A stretch of DNA of 64,000 nt from Candidatus Doudnabacteria bacterium (lineage in GTDB: Bacteria > Patescibacteriota > Doudnabacteria > UBA920 > 2-01-FULL-46-14): contig JBGQGB010000001.1 of NCBI GenBank assembly GCA_041497195.1, forward strand, positions 73,904-137,903, in the 5' to 3' direction. The notes under the pieces were generated by a model that saw only the letters and a list, made by a program, of their open reading frames with translations, was not told the origin of the DNA and did not search any database. The position numbers and the translations under genes were made by a program. Below, piece by piece: positions 51,721 through 59,507 of this stretch; positions within the stretch are counted from its first letter, which is position 1; every line of letters starts with the position of its first letter.

Positions 51721-52293
51721 TCACCACACGAAGGGAATGAAAGTCTTGACCTGTTTTTTGTACTCTGGGTAAACATCGGGGAATTGCGCGCTCATAATCT
51801 CTTCCTCCATTGGTATGCGCACTACAAAGGCAACCAAACCCAGAAGCACTCCAAGAAAACTGGCAACTGTCCCGATAGTGAGCGCAGTTCCAAGCATCGC
51901 GAAAAATAATCCCGTATAAATGGGGTGGCGCACCAGCGAATATGGTCCTGACTGCACGAGTTCGTGACCTTCTTTGACTGTTGCCACTGAACCGGACCAA
52001 TTCTTGCCAAGCTTTATGCGCGCCCAGATAGCGAATGCGGCGCTAATGATACACAGGGCAGCTCCGACAACGCCGAAAAGTACGCGCTGAAATGTTATCA
52101 ATATCCCGAGAGTGCCGGGAAACTCCCGACTGAACAAAAAGAAAGCGCCGATTGCTAATAGGAGAGTTGTACCGAAGTATTTTGCCAGATGAGGTCTCTG
52201 CACTGTTCTTTTATTGCCGAAATGGCCGGCCAGCCAAACGAGTCCGATCACCGGCCAGCACCCATATGCGATTTGCGTATAGATAGTGATCAC
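51721..52293 (-). CDS. Isoprenylcysteine carboxyl methyltransferase (ICMT) / phospholipid methyltransferase family membrane protein
   Basis: VQSGPYSLVRHPIYTG SAM-binding motif in a polytopic membrane protein. Confidence 0.65.
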   Translation of the reverse strand: MITIYTQIAYGCWPVIGLVWLAGHFGNKRTVQRPHLAKYFGTTLLLAIGAFFLFSREFPGTLGILITFQRVLFGVVGAALCIISAAFAIWARIKLGKNWSGSVATVKEGHELVQSGPYSLVRHPIYTGLFFAMLGTALTIGTVASFLGVLLGLVAFVVRIPMEEEIMSAQFPDVYPEYKKQVKTFIPFVW

Positions 52294-52336
52294 CTTGGAA
52301 TTGATTGGCTGGCCTTATGGGACGGAGTTGGAACGA

Positions 52337-52834
52337 CTATACAACTTTGCCAATGTTAGCCTTTATAATTTCTAGTGCAGCTTTATGTAAATGCAAACTA
52401 CTATGACTAGCTGACAGGTTTTTAAAAACTACCACCTTGAACCCTCTGTAAAAAGCGTCTCTCGCAAAAGTAAGAACACAGTTTTCTGTATCAATACCAG
52501 CTAATTCAACTTGCTCAATTTCATTATCTTTAAGATAAGCGAGTAATTTATCATCCACAAAACTACTATAGGTATATTTTAAATAAAGATTGTTACTTTG
52601 AATAAACCCTTTAAGTTCATCAACAATATCTGTTTGTTTATTATTCAAGAACCCTTTCCAATTTAAATTTTTAGCAAAATTACTACTTTTACGGTTCATA
52701 TATTTTGTAAAAATAATCAGTTTATAGTTCTTTTTATTCTTTAGAATGAAGTTCCTAACTTTTGAAGGAACCTTGTTTGTTAATTTATTTACAAAACCTT
52801 TTTGAATGTCAATTATGATTAAGGCTTTTTTCAT
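52337..52834 (-). CDS. Isochorismatase-family cysteine hydrolase, in an AT-rich segment
   Basis: ALIIIDIQKGF (catalytic Asp), GIDTENCVLTFARDA (catalytic Cys). Roughly 30% GC versus about 50% in the flanks. Confidence 0.7.
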   Translation of the reverse strand: MKKALIIIDIQKGFVNKLTNKVPSKVRNFILKNKKNYKLIIFTKYMNRKSSNFAKNLNWKGFLNNKQTDIVDELKGFIQSNNLYLKYTYSSFVDDKLLAYLKDNEIEQVELAGIDTENCVLTFARDAFYRGFKVVVFKNLSASHSSLHLHKAALEIIKANIGKVV

Positions 52835-52865
52835 AAAAATGTTGGCTGCCCTGACAGTGCAAAAA

Positions 52866-53492
52866 CTAAAAAATCGAAAATCCCAAGAACAGTTTGGAGA
52901 GCACGGATAGAATGGGGACCAGAACCGCGTTGATAAGGCCCAAATAGAGAAACAAGATTATCAAAATAAATCCATATCGTTCCAGAGAGAAAATTTTGTA
53001 CATGATTTCATCCGAGAACAGGCTCGCCACTACTTTTGATCCGTCCAGAGGCGGAATCGGCACCAGATTGAAAATCCCCAGACCCAGATTGAGGATGGTT
53101 CCCTGCAGCAAAATCCCGTAAGCGAAACTTGACTCTGCCACCAAACCCAGACGGATCGGCAGCGCAAACGCCAAAGCCAGGAGAAAATTCGCCCCCGGCC
53201 CGGCCAGCGAGACCAAGGCCATATCCCGCTTGGGATTGCGCAGGTTAAAAAAGTTCACTGGCACGGGTTTGGCCGAGCCGAAGAGTATGGGCGAGTGAAC
53301 CAAAAATAAAAACGCCGGCAACAACACTGAACCAAACAGGTCCAAGTGCGGCAGCGGATTGAGAGTCAGCCGCCCGGCCCAGCGCGCGGTATGGTCGCCA
53401 AGGTAGTCAGCCACGACCCCATGGCAAAGTTCGTGCAACACGACTGAAAAAAGCAGAATGACGAGCGTGATTACTATTGACCACAAATCCAT
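52866..53492 (-). CDS. M50-family site-2 metalloprotease (small, SpoIVFB-like core)
   Basis: HELCHG (HExxH) in TM1, LDGS-type motif later, 208 aa. Confidence 0.7.
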   Translation of the reverse strand: MDLWSIVITLVILLFSVVLHELCHGVVADYLGDHTARWAGRLTLNPLPHLDLFGSVLLPAFLFLVHSPILFGSAKPVPVNFFNLRNPKRDMALVSLAGPGANFLLALAFALPIRLGLVAESSFAYGILLQGTILNLGLGIFNLVPIPPLDGSKVVASLFSDEIMYKIFSLERYGFILIILFLYLGLINAVLVPILSVLSKLFLGFSIF

Positions 53493-53531
53493 AATCTGTT
53501 ATCCTGAGAAAGACACATTTTAATTTTCCTC

Positions 53532-53747
53532 ATGTCTTCACCAAACAAAGCTTGCGCCATTTGCGGAAAAGGATACATGCGGTCTTTCAGTCGCTCCCAC
53601 TCGATGCAGTCCACGATCCGCCGCCTCCAGCCTAACCTACAATGGTTGCGCCTACCCTCGGGAAAACGAGTCAGAGCGTGTACTAAGTGTATCAAAAGCA
53701 TTTCCAAGGGTAAAATCAAAAACGAGCTCTTGGCGGTCACGGTCTGA
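53532..53747 (+). CDS. rpmB: 50S ribosomal protein L28
   Basis: CAICGKGYMRSFSRSHSMQSTIRRLQPNLQ...ACTKC matches the L28 pattern with a Cys4 zinc site. The overlapping minus ORF 53474..53740 is rejected. Confidence 0.8.
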   Translation: MSSPNKACAICGKGYMRSFSRSHSMQSTIRRLQPNLQWLRLPSGKRVRACTKCIKSISKGKIKNELLAVTV

Positions 53748-53784
53748 ATTTTCGTCCCGCTCCCAGCGAGCGGGATTTTGAATT

Positions 53785-54537
53785 ATGAAATACCGACTTT
53801 TTCACCTCAATATCCTCAAAGGACGCCTTTTGGGCCGGCTAATTCCATATTTGCTAAACAAACAGTACGACTTTTTGAATCTCCAGGAGGTCGCGGGCGG
53901 AAAGATGGGCTTTGACGGACGAGACAGTTTCACCATTATCAAAAACGCGCTCGGCTATGACGGCCGGTTAATAATCAATGAACAAACCGTGGGTGATGAG
54001 CAATCGTATTCGGGAAACGCAATGTTCTTCAAAAAGTCTATCGCCGCGGGACCAGCCGAAACTTTGTGGCTCAAAAAATTTCGAAAAATCACCGACGCCA
54101 CTTTGGTGCAAGACTATCCCCACGCGCTCATGAGCCAAATTTTCAAACTCAACGGCAAACCAATACAAATCATCAATTGCCACCTCGCCTGGGGCCCCAC
54201 CCCCAAAGACAAAAAATTCAAACTCATCCAGGGGCGCAGACTCGTTGAGTACGTGAAAAAGATCCGGATCCCCTTTGTCCTTAGCGGAGATTTCAATCTC
54301 ACAGCCGACTCGCGGATCGTCAAAGCACTAGACCGGCTGGTGCGTAATCTCACAGTGGAAACGAAAATCCCCAACACACTCAATGGCCATATCCACCGCA
54401 TCAAACGTCTGTTTCCCAAAGGGCTGGCTGTTGATTTTGTATTTGTCTCCAAAAGCATTAGGGTAAAAAAATTCCAACTCGTGGACAAACCTGATCTGTC
54501 GGACCACTACGGCTTGGCTTTGGAATTTGAAATCTAG
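53785..54537 (+). CDS. Endonuclease/exonuclease/phosphatase (EEP) family protein
   Basis: SGDFNL and SDHYGLALEFEI C-terminal motifs of the EEP fold. Confidence 0.7.
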   Translation: MKYRLFHLNILKGRLLGRLIPYLLNKQYDFLNLQEVAGGKMGFDGRDSFTIIKNALGYDGRLIINEQTVGDEQSYSGNAMFFKKSIAAGPAETLWLKKFRKITDATLVQDYPHALMSQIFKLNGKPIQIINCHLAWGPTPKDKKFKLIQGRRLVEYVKKIRIPFVLSGDFNLTADSRIVKALDRLVRNLTVETKIPNTLNGHIHRIKRLFPKGLAVDFVFVSKSIRVKKFQLVDKPDLSDHYGLALEFEI

Positions 54538-54545
54538 CGAAAATC

Positions 54546-54582
54546 AAAAAAAACCGCCCGACATATTAAGGGGCGGCTTTTT
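54546..54582. terminator. Bidirectional intrinsic terminator between convergent genes
   Basis: aaaaaaaaCCGCCCgacatattaagGGGCGGcttttt: a GC-rich stem between an A-run and a T-run. Confidence 0.65.
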
Positions 54583-54591
54583 ACCTCCAGG

Positions 54592-55839
54592 CTAAAGACT
54601 TTTGTAATAATCAGCTGCTGTCGAAAAACAGGTGTCCTGGACTTCTTTTTCCGTTATAGCCGAGCACAGGGCTTTGCCTTGGGTGTCTGAATGGTAATAA
54701 GAAATAAAATCTTTGACGGCACCGATGAAGCAATTTGTCCGCTGCTGCAGGTCTTTGCCGAGGTTGCAGCCGGCGATGGTTTGCGCCACATTGCTTGAGC
54801 TCAAACCGGAGACGTCGCGGCCGAGACTCTGGTAGCAGGTGTCCGTGTACTGCGGCCCCACTGTCGCGCAAAGGCCGAACACTTTATTGAAATCGTGATT
54901 TTCGACTTTGAGCATATAGGAAGTCTGCATCATATAGCAGGTGTTGCGGTAGGCCGGTTCCACCGCATCGCAGGGGTACAACGGGTCCGAAGGCGTCAAA
55001 AACTTGGTGAAATGGTTTTTGTTATCCACGATGACATTTTCCATGAACACCCCGCTCCAACACGATAGCCGCTCCCATTGGTCATTGAGGACGTCGCAGG
55101 TTTTGAGCGAATCAAAAAGCTCATCGTTGCTGATGGCCATGATGCCGTGGCCGAGGCCGTGGGCGCAATTATAATGATCAAACCCGTATTTTTTATACGG
55201 CGCCACTGTCAATGGAGTGCAGATGGAATTAAGCTGGGCATTGAGATGGGACGGACCGATACGTCCGATTACCCCCTCCAGCACTCCGTGGTAGTAGCCG
55301 GACCAGCAAAAACTGTCGCCTTGGGCGTAGGCCTCGGCCACGTTCGGATATTTATCGACTGCGGCGCGGCCAATCACGTGAACGAGGGGATGGCACTGCG
55401 ACACCACGTAACCGTTGGCTCCATAGCGCGCTCTCAAATCGGCAAACGCCGCTTGCACGCCTCCCTGCTGCACCAGTTGCATATAATATGTCTGGTAACA
55501 ATCAAAATTCTGGGCGTCTTGGCCTGGGCAAATCAAAGTGCTTCCGGGTGCGCCTGGCGAGGAGGGTGGTGCTGCGGGTGCAGTTTGTTTGCTTGTTGTC
55601 TGCTTTGCAGTGGACGTAGGGGTGTCATTTCCGACAGTACCGTTATTCTGCTGGGAAGGTGGCTGGTCGCGCGTTTCCACTAAACTTTGATTCACAAAGT
55701 GTCCGAGCTTGTCCAAATTGGCCGAGGAAATTTGGGAGCGCGATTCTTGCCGCCATCGATACAAAGCAAAACCTGCGACAGCCACGATAATGACTGCCAG
55801 AGTTACCAAAATTCTTAAATTCGAAAACTTGCCTTTCAT
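54592..55839 (-). CDS. Membrane-anchored hypothetical protein with a Thr/Pro/Ser linker and a Cys/His-rich extracytoplasmic domain
   Basis: TM helix, then a PTSTAKQTTSKQTAPAAPPSSPGAPGS linker, then about 18 Cys and His pairs (CHPLVHVIG, NCAHGLGHG). Start set at MKGKFSN. Confidence 0.45.
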   Translation of the reverse strand: MKGKFSNLRILVTLAVIIVAVAGFALYRWRQESRSQISSANLDKLGHFVNQSLVETRDQPPSQQNNGTVGNDTPTSTAKQTTSKQTAPAAPPSSPGAPGSTLICPGQDAQNFDCYQTYYMQLVQQGGVQAAFADLRARYGANGYVVSQCHPLVHVIGRAAVDKYPNVAEAYAQGDSFCWSGYYHGVLEGVIGRIGPSHLNAQLNSICTPLTVAPYKKYGFDHYNCAHGLGHGIMAISNDELFDSLKTCDVLNDQWERLSCWSGVFMENVIVDNKNHFTKFLTPSDPLYPCDAVEPAYRNTCYMMQTSYMLKVENHDFNKVFGLCATVGPQYTDTCYQSLGRDVSGLSSSNVAQTIAGCNLGKDLQQRTNCFIGAVKDFISYYHSDTQGKALCSAITEKEVQDTCFSTAADYYKSL

Positions 55840-55861
55840 AAATCCAAAGGGCACAAAAGGC

Positions 55862-56929
55862 CTAGCGGGTGAAGTATACGAATTCCAAAACAATCAGGAT
55901 GAACCAGCCGATTTGCAGGACGAAAAAAGCCCCGATTTGGATAAATTCCAAAACCTGCATGCGCGACATTCCCAAATTTTCCGAAACGATCGTGTAGACA
56001 TCTTCCAAAGATTCGAGCTTGTCGCGAATTGTTTGCCGCCATTCTCCCAAGCGGAATTTCCGGGAAAGCGCTTCGTACAATCGGGCCGAATACCAGTCAC
56101 CGATAAGTTTGATTTCTCGCTCCAATGCCTCGAAATGGGCGATGGCGTCTGCGCGAATTTTTATCACTTCCCGAAACGCTTGCGTGACGTCTTTTGTCCG
56201 GAACCATCGGCTCGTGTCGGTTTTCACCAGCTGATAGGCGCGCCCCAGCTGTACGTCAAGACGCTGATCCAGCATACGATACCGCAGCAACTGATAGTTC
56301 GCCAGCTCCAGCAGTTCCAGCGTTTCGCCAAACTCCCCTTCCGGATCAAAAACAAACGCACCGTCCCAATCATAAATTAAAAGGTCGTCTTTGGCGTACT
56401 TCAGCTGGTGCGCCAAAGTGTGTTCGACTTCTTTCTCATCCAATTCCAATTTTTCCGATTTGAGCAGGCTGGCAATTTTGGAAGAGTTTTTTTCCAAAAA
56501 CAATTCCGGATCACCCTGATAAGCAGAAATCTGGTAGACTGTGTACTCTTCACTTGGCTCTTCTTTGCCGCCAAATTTCCCGGCGAATTTATAGCACATC
56601 TGCAAAAGTTGTTCCTTCAGCTCGAGTATGTCGCTACCGAACATGTCCGGCACTTCAATACTCCCTTCCACCACGACAACATCCGGGGAATAGGCTTTGG
56701 CTAGGAGTTCTACATCTAGAGTCCCGAGCTTCGCTTTTTTTTGCCCCACAATCGACTGAGCAGGGACTGATTGTTCGAAATAATGCGGCGCGCTACGGAC
56801 CGGCAAAGTCGGCGGAGCTTCTTTGCCCCGTTTTGCCACAACTGCTTCAGCTATTACGAAAGAAGTAATCTTATGCATAACGATTTTAAATGATGAGTTC
56901 GTCCAATCCATGGTCGGGCTGCTGGTCAC
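55862..56929 (-). CDS. Hypothetical protein with C-terminal TM helices (GTG start)
   Basis: Large soluble, acidic, coiled-coil-rich N-terminal region, then a C-terminal hydrophobic hairpin. No motif I can name. Confidence 0.4.
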   Translation of the reverse strand: MTSSPTMDWTNSSFKIVMHKITSFVIAEAVVAKRGKEAPPTLPVRSAPHYFEQSVPAQSIVGQKKAKLGTLDVELLAKAYSPDVVVVEGSIEVPDMFGSDILELKEQLLQMCYKFAGKFGGKEEPSEEYTVYQISAYQGDPELFLEKNSSKIASLLKSEKLELDEKEVEHTLAHQLKYAKDDLLIYDWDGAFVFDPEGEFGETLELLELANYQLLRYRMLDQRLDVQLGRAYQLVKTDTSRWFRTKDVTQAFREVIKIRADAIAHFEALEREIKLIGDWYSARLYEALSRKFRLGEWRQTIRDKLESLEDVYTIVSENLGMSRMQVLEFIQIGAFFVLQIGWFILIVLEFVYFTR

Positions 56930-57028
56930 CGCCTTTGGCGGGATCCCGCCTTCATCTAAAACTTAATAGCTGGGGCGGGAGAATTGATTCGCCGCGGCGG
57001 ACTATATGCCCGCCTGCCATCGCCTCAA

Positions 57029-57099
57029 TCGGGGTGGGGAGAATCGAACTCCCACTACATGCACCCCATGCATGCGTACTACCACTATACTACACCCCG
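57029..57099 (-). tRNA. tRNA-Pro (GGG)
   Basis: Cloverleaf folded by hand: acceptor CGGGGTG/CACCCCG with the C1:G72 pair typical of bacterial tRNA-Pro, D-arm GTAT/AGTGGTA/GTAC, anticodon arm CATGC/ATGGGGT/GCATG (U33, GGG, G37), T-arm GGGAG/TTCGATT/CTCCC, discriminator A. No encoded CCA. Confidence 0.75.
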
Positions 57100-57202
57100 A
57101 TGGTTAACAAACGTATCAATTCATTGTAGCCTTTGTGCGTTTTTAAATAACGTTCCAGGCTTTGGCCTCTAGCTCAATCGTATAACTTTCTTGATTTTAG
57201 CA

Positions 57203-57243
57203 TTTTCTTCGCAAAAATAAAAAACGGGGAGACGCGCACTGCG
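57203..57243 (-). terminator. Intrinsic terminator downstream of the tRNA gene
   Basis: On the minus strand, CGGGGAGATGCGCAGTGCGCGTCTCCCCG followed by TTTTTTATTTTT. Confidence 0.65.
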
Positions 57244-57283
57244 CATCTCCCCGGCTCAATCAAGCTCCTCCCGGAGGAGGAAT

Positions 57284-57358
57284 TGACTAGGTTTGGAGCG
57301 CACTAAGGGGTTTGAACCCTTGACCTTCTCCTGAGCAAGGAGTTGCTCTACCACTGAG
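57284..57358 (-). tRNA. tRNA of uncertain identity (anticodon GCU by my fold, atypical)
   Basis: Acceptor GCGTACT/AGTGCGC, canonical D-arm GCTC-AGTGGTA-GAGC, T-arm AAGGG-TTCAAAC-CCCTT, discriminator U, encoded CCA. Anticodon arm ACTCC-TTGCTCA-GGAGA has an A:A mismatch at 27:43, C at position 37 and a short variable loop, which would be unusual for tRNA-Ser(GCU). Confidence 0.55.
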
Positions 57359-57392
57359 CTAAGTACGCCCCGTTAAATGTCATTGTGCAAGC

Positions 57393-57671
57393 CTATTGGT
57401 CCGCAGTTTCGCGAAATGCGTCTGATGGCCGTAGCAGTCTCCAGCCGTCAGGACCTTTGACCACCACAAGACGCACGCTAACGCTATGATGCTCCGAACA
57501 TTTGGGACCGTGCGGGTGAGCAAAGGTTAGCCTGGCTGGACAGACTTGCCCGGCCGGAACGATCTGTCCCACTTTAAGCTTGGCAGAACCGACCACGTGG
57601 GAGAACAGGGAATACTCCACATCTTTGTTTTCTGGCAACGGTCTTCCCTCCTCTTTAAATTTTTTCAGCAC
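57393..57671 (-). CDS. Hypothetical protein (92 aa)
   Basis: ORF only. The sequence is not low complexity, but I see no motif I recognise. Confidence 0.3.
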   Translation of the reverse strand: MLKKFKEEGRPLPENKDVEYSLFSHVVGSAKLKVGQIVPAGQVCPARLTFAHPHGPKCSEHHSVSVRLVVVKGPDGWRLLRPSDAFRETADQ

Positions 57672-57881
57672 ACTGGGCCAGTGGTTCCGGGAACTGGTTC
57701 TTCGCCTTTCGACAACTGCTGAGAACCACGCTCCTGGCTCGGATCAAAATCTTGGCAGATTGGCAGTTGGCCTTGTGGTAGCAACGACTTTTGTAGTCGC
57801 GGTTCAGGTTGGTAGTTATCTGGTCTGGGCTCAGCAATAGGCTCAGGTATCTGGCGGGAAGTCTCTGTCATCTTCGTCCAC

Positions 57882-58199
57882 CTAGGATATGCCAGGAACC
57901 AATTGCTGAACAGCTACATGAACGCGATCGGGTTGACCGCGCAGCCAGTTCTGGTAAATAGACGCTTTGACTTGCTGCCGCCATGCTGGCCCTTCGCATG
58001 CCTTGTAAATACTCAACATATCATGATAACTCCTGGCCAGGGTTTTTCTCTGCTTGGCAAGCTCCCGCAAAGTGGCAGGACTGTTTGGCCCAGACTTGGC
58101 AACTTCCTCGCGTCGCAAGTTATTGTGTTTTGTCAAAACTTCCTGCAATCGACATAGCTCCCGATAAAGCTCTGGCAACTCATCACGCATCTTTTGCAT
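57882..58199 (-). CDS. Hypothetical protein, gene 4 of a GC-rich cassette
   Basis: 105 aa. Same orientation as the three ORFs upstream. Confidence 0.35.
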   Translation of the reverse strand: MQKMRDELPELYRELCRLQEVLTKHNNLRREEVAKSGPNSPATLRELAKQRKTLARSYHDMLSIYKACEGPAWRQQVKASIYQNWLRGQPDRVHVAVQQLVPGIS

Positions 58200-58267
58200 G
58201 CTCCCCTCCTATGGGTGGTAGTTGAGGGTTGGCGGTTTCGCGTCCGAGGCTTGCGACGCAGCGCGTT

Positions 58268-58528
58268 TCAGTCGTGAAGTCCTTTCTCGCGGTGGTTGTG
58301 ATGCAGCTGCAAATAGAGCTTCAGCGCCACGTCCAATTGCCTGATTTGCTCTTTTAGTGAACTCAAGCTTGCCTGAGTGGCCTGATCAAGCTCGCCCTTT
58401 TTGGCTGTCTCACCCTTGAGCACTTTTTTCAGCTTACGGATTTGCCTTCTTAGACTAGGGATTTCCTGAAGGACATGCTTGGCATGCAACTTCATACGTC
58501 CGTGGTCCGGGTGATGGGTTTTATTCAA
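58268..58528 (-). CDS. Hypothetical coiled-coil protein, gene 3 of the cassette
   Basis: 86 aa. Its start overlaps the upstream stop in an ATGA arrangement. Confidence 0.35.
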   Translation of the reverse strand: MNKTHHPDHGRMKLHAKHVLQEIPSLRRQIRKLKKVLKGETAKKGELDQATQASLSSLKEQIRQLDVALKLYLQLHHNHREKGLHD

Positions 58529-58896
58529 CGTACCTCCTCGGTTTGGGTTGGGCGGCCCGTAATGCGCTGTCCGCTGCGGACAAAAGATTGTTGCTTGTGA
58601 CTGGAACTGACTGCAGCAGGTTCACACGGCATGGTCAGAAACCAAGTCTGTGGAACTCCACATTTGTAACACCGCATAAATGCAGTGTGCAAATGATGAT
58701 GAGCCAAAGGCGTATGGCCGTTGAACTCATCAATCGCTGCTGCTTCTCGCTGCACAGATGAGGGCAGGAAAAACCGCCCGACGAGTCGATCTAGAACATC
58801 GATGGCACGAATTGCCTGCCACCTGATTCTGCCTCGACGTTTATAGCGAAGAAAATCCCGCTGCGAAGTTTGAAACGACCAGGCACGTTGGATCAT
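58525..58896 (-). CDS. Hypothetical protein with His cluster (HHHLH) and CYKCG, gene 2 of the cassette
   Basis: 123 aa. Its start overlaps the upstream stop in an ATGA arrangement. Confidence 0.35.
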   Translation of the reverse strand: MIQRAWSFQTSQRDFLRYKRRGRIRWQAIRAIDVLDRLVGRFFLPSSVQREAAAIDEFNGHTPLAHHHLHTAFMRCYKCGVPQTWFLTMPCEPAAVSSSHKQQSFVRSGQRITGRPTQTEEVR

Positions 58897-59087
58897 TCCC
58901 GCAACCCCTTTGGCGACATGGAAGAGCGATCCGTGCTCCTCCCCGCAGCTTTCACAGCTTGGGCGTGCAGATCAGTCGCTTCGGGACAAATTTCTCGTTT
59001 GTTCGGATCCACTCGCTTCCCGCAAAACATGCACTGGTTTGGTTTGCCTGCAAGGGTAACATGAAACTTTGCCGCGCGTGCCGTCAT
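58893..59087 (-). CDS. Small zinc-ribbon-like protein (CMFCGK...C), gene 1 of the cassette
   Basis: 64 aa, CxxC plus a downstream Cys. Confidence 0.3.
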   Translation of the reverse strand: MTARAAKFHVTLAGKPNQCMFCGKRVDPNKREICPEATDLHAQAVKAAGRSTDRSSMSPKGLRE

Positions 59088-59507
59088 ATGTGGTGGCTCT
59101 CCTCTAAGTTAACTTACTAGGCTTGCACCTAGTCCTCCATTCGATTTGTAAAGATCCATCCGGAACAGAGGCAGAAACAGCCGAAATTTGCGGCTGTTTC
59201 TGCCCCCGCTCCAGGCTCGCAACACCTCCTGCTAAAAACCAAAATTCCGCTTTCTGGCGGAACTTTAGGTTTTTGCTGCGAGTTTAGACTAAACTTTTAG
59301 CTTACACATAAGTTCCGCTTTGATCTGCTAAGGATCAAATTAATGCTAAACATGCGGACAATAGTTTGTCCGGCAGGTTTGGCATTCCAGATTCTCTTAG
59401 CTGATGCGGATTTGCTCATGCTTAAGCCAAAAATTAATCTTAGGAATCATCATAGCATAAATTGAATATCTGTCAAGACGAAACTGCGAACTTTTCCACA
59501 ATCAGGC

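Noticed and set aside
53474-53740. 88-aa minus-strand ORF
   Set aside because: It overlaps the plus-strand ORF whose product has the L28 zinc-ribbon pattern (rpmB). Every other ribosomal protein here is canonical, so the L28 reading is preferred.
57882-59087. Four small ORFs considered as frameshifted fragments of one IS91-like (HUH/Y2) transposase
   Set aside because: The combined length (about 380 aa), the zinc ribbon and the His cluster are suggestive. Against that, I could not match the catalytic Tyr motifs, and the two ATGA overlaps fit separately translated coupled genes. I keep them as hypothetical genes, and the transposase idea is flagged in the findings.
59171-59205. Palindrome considered as SRP (4.5S) RNA domain IV
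   Set aside because: It only loosely resembles the conserved GGAAGCAGC region, and I found no convincing surrounding helix 8 context on either strand.
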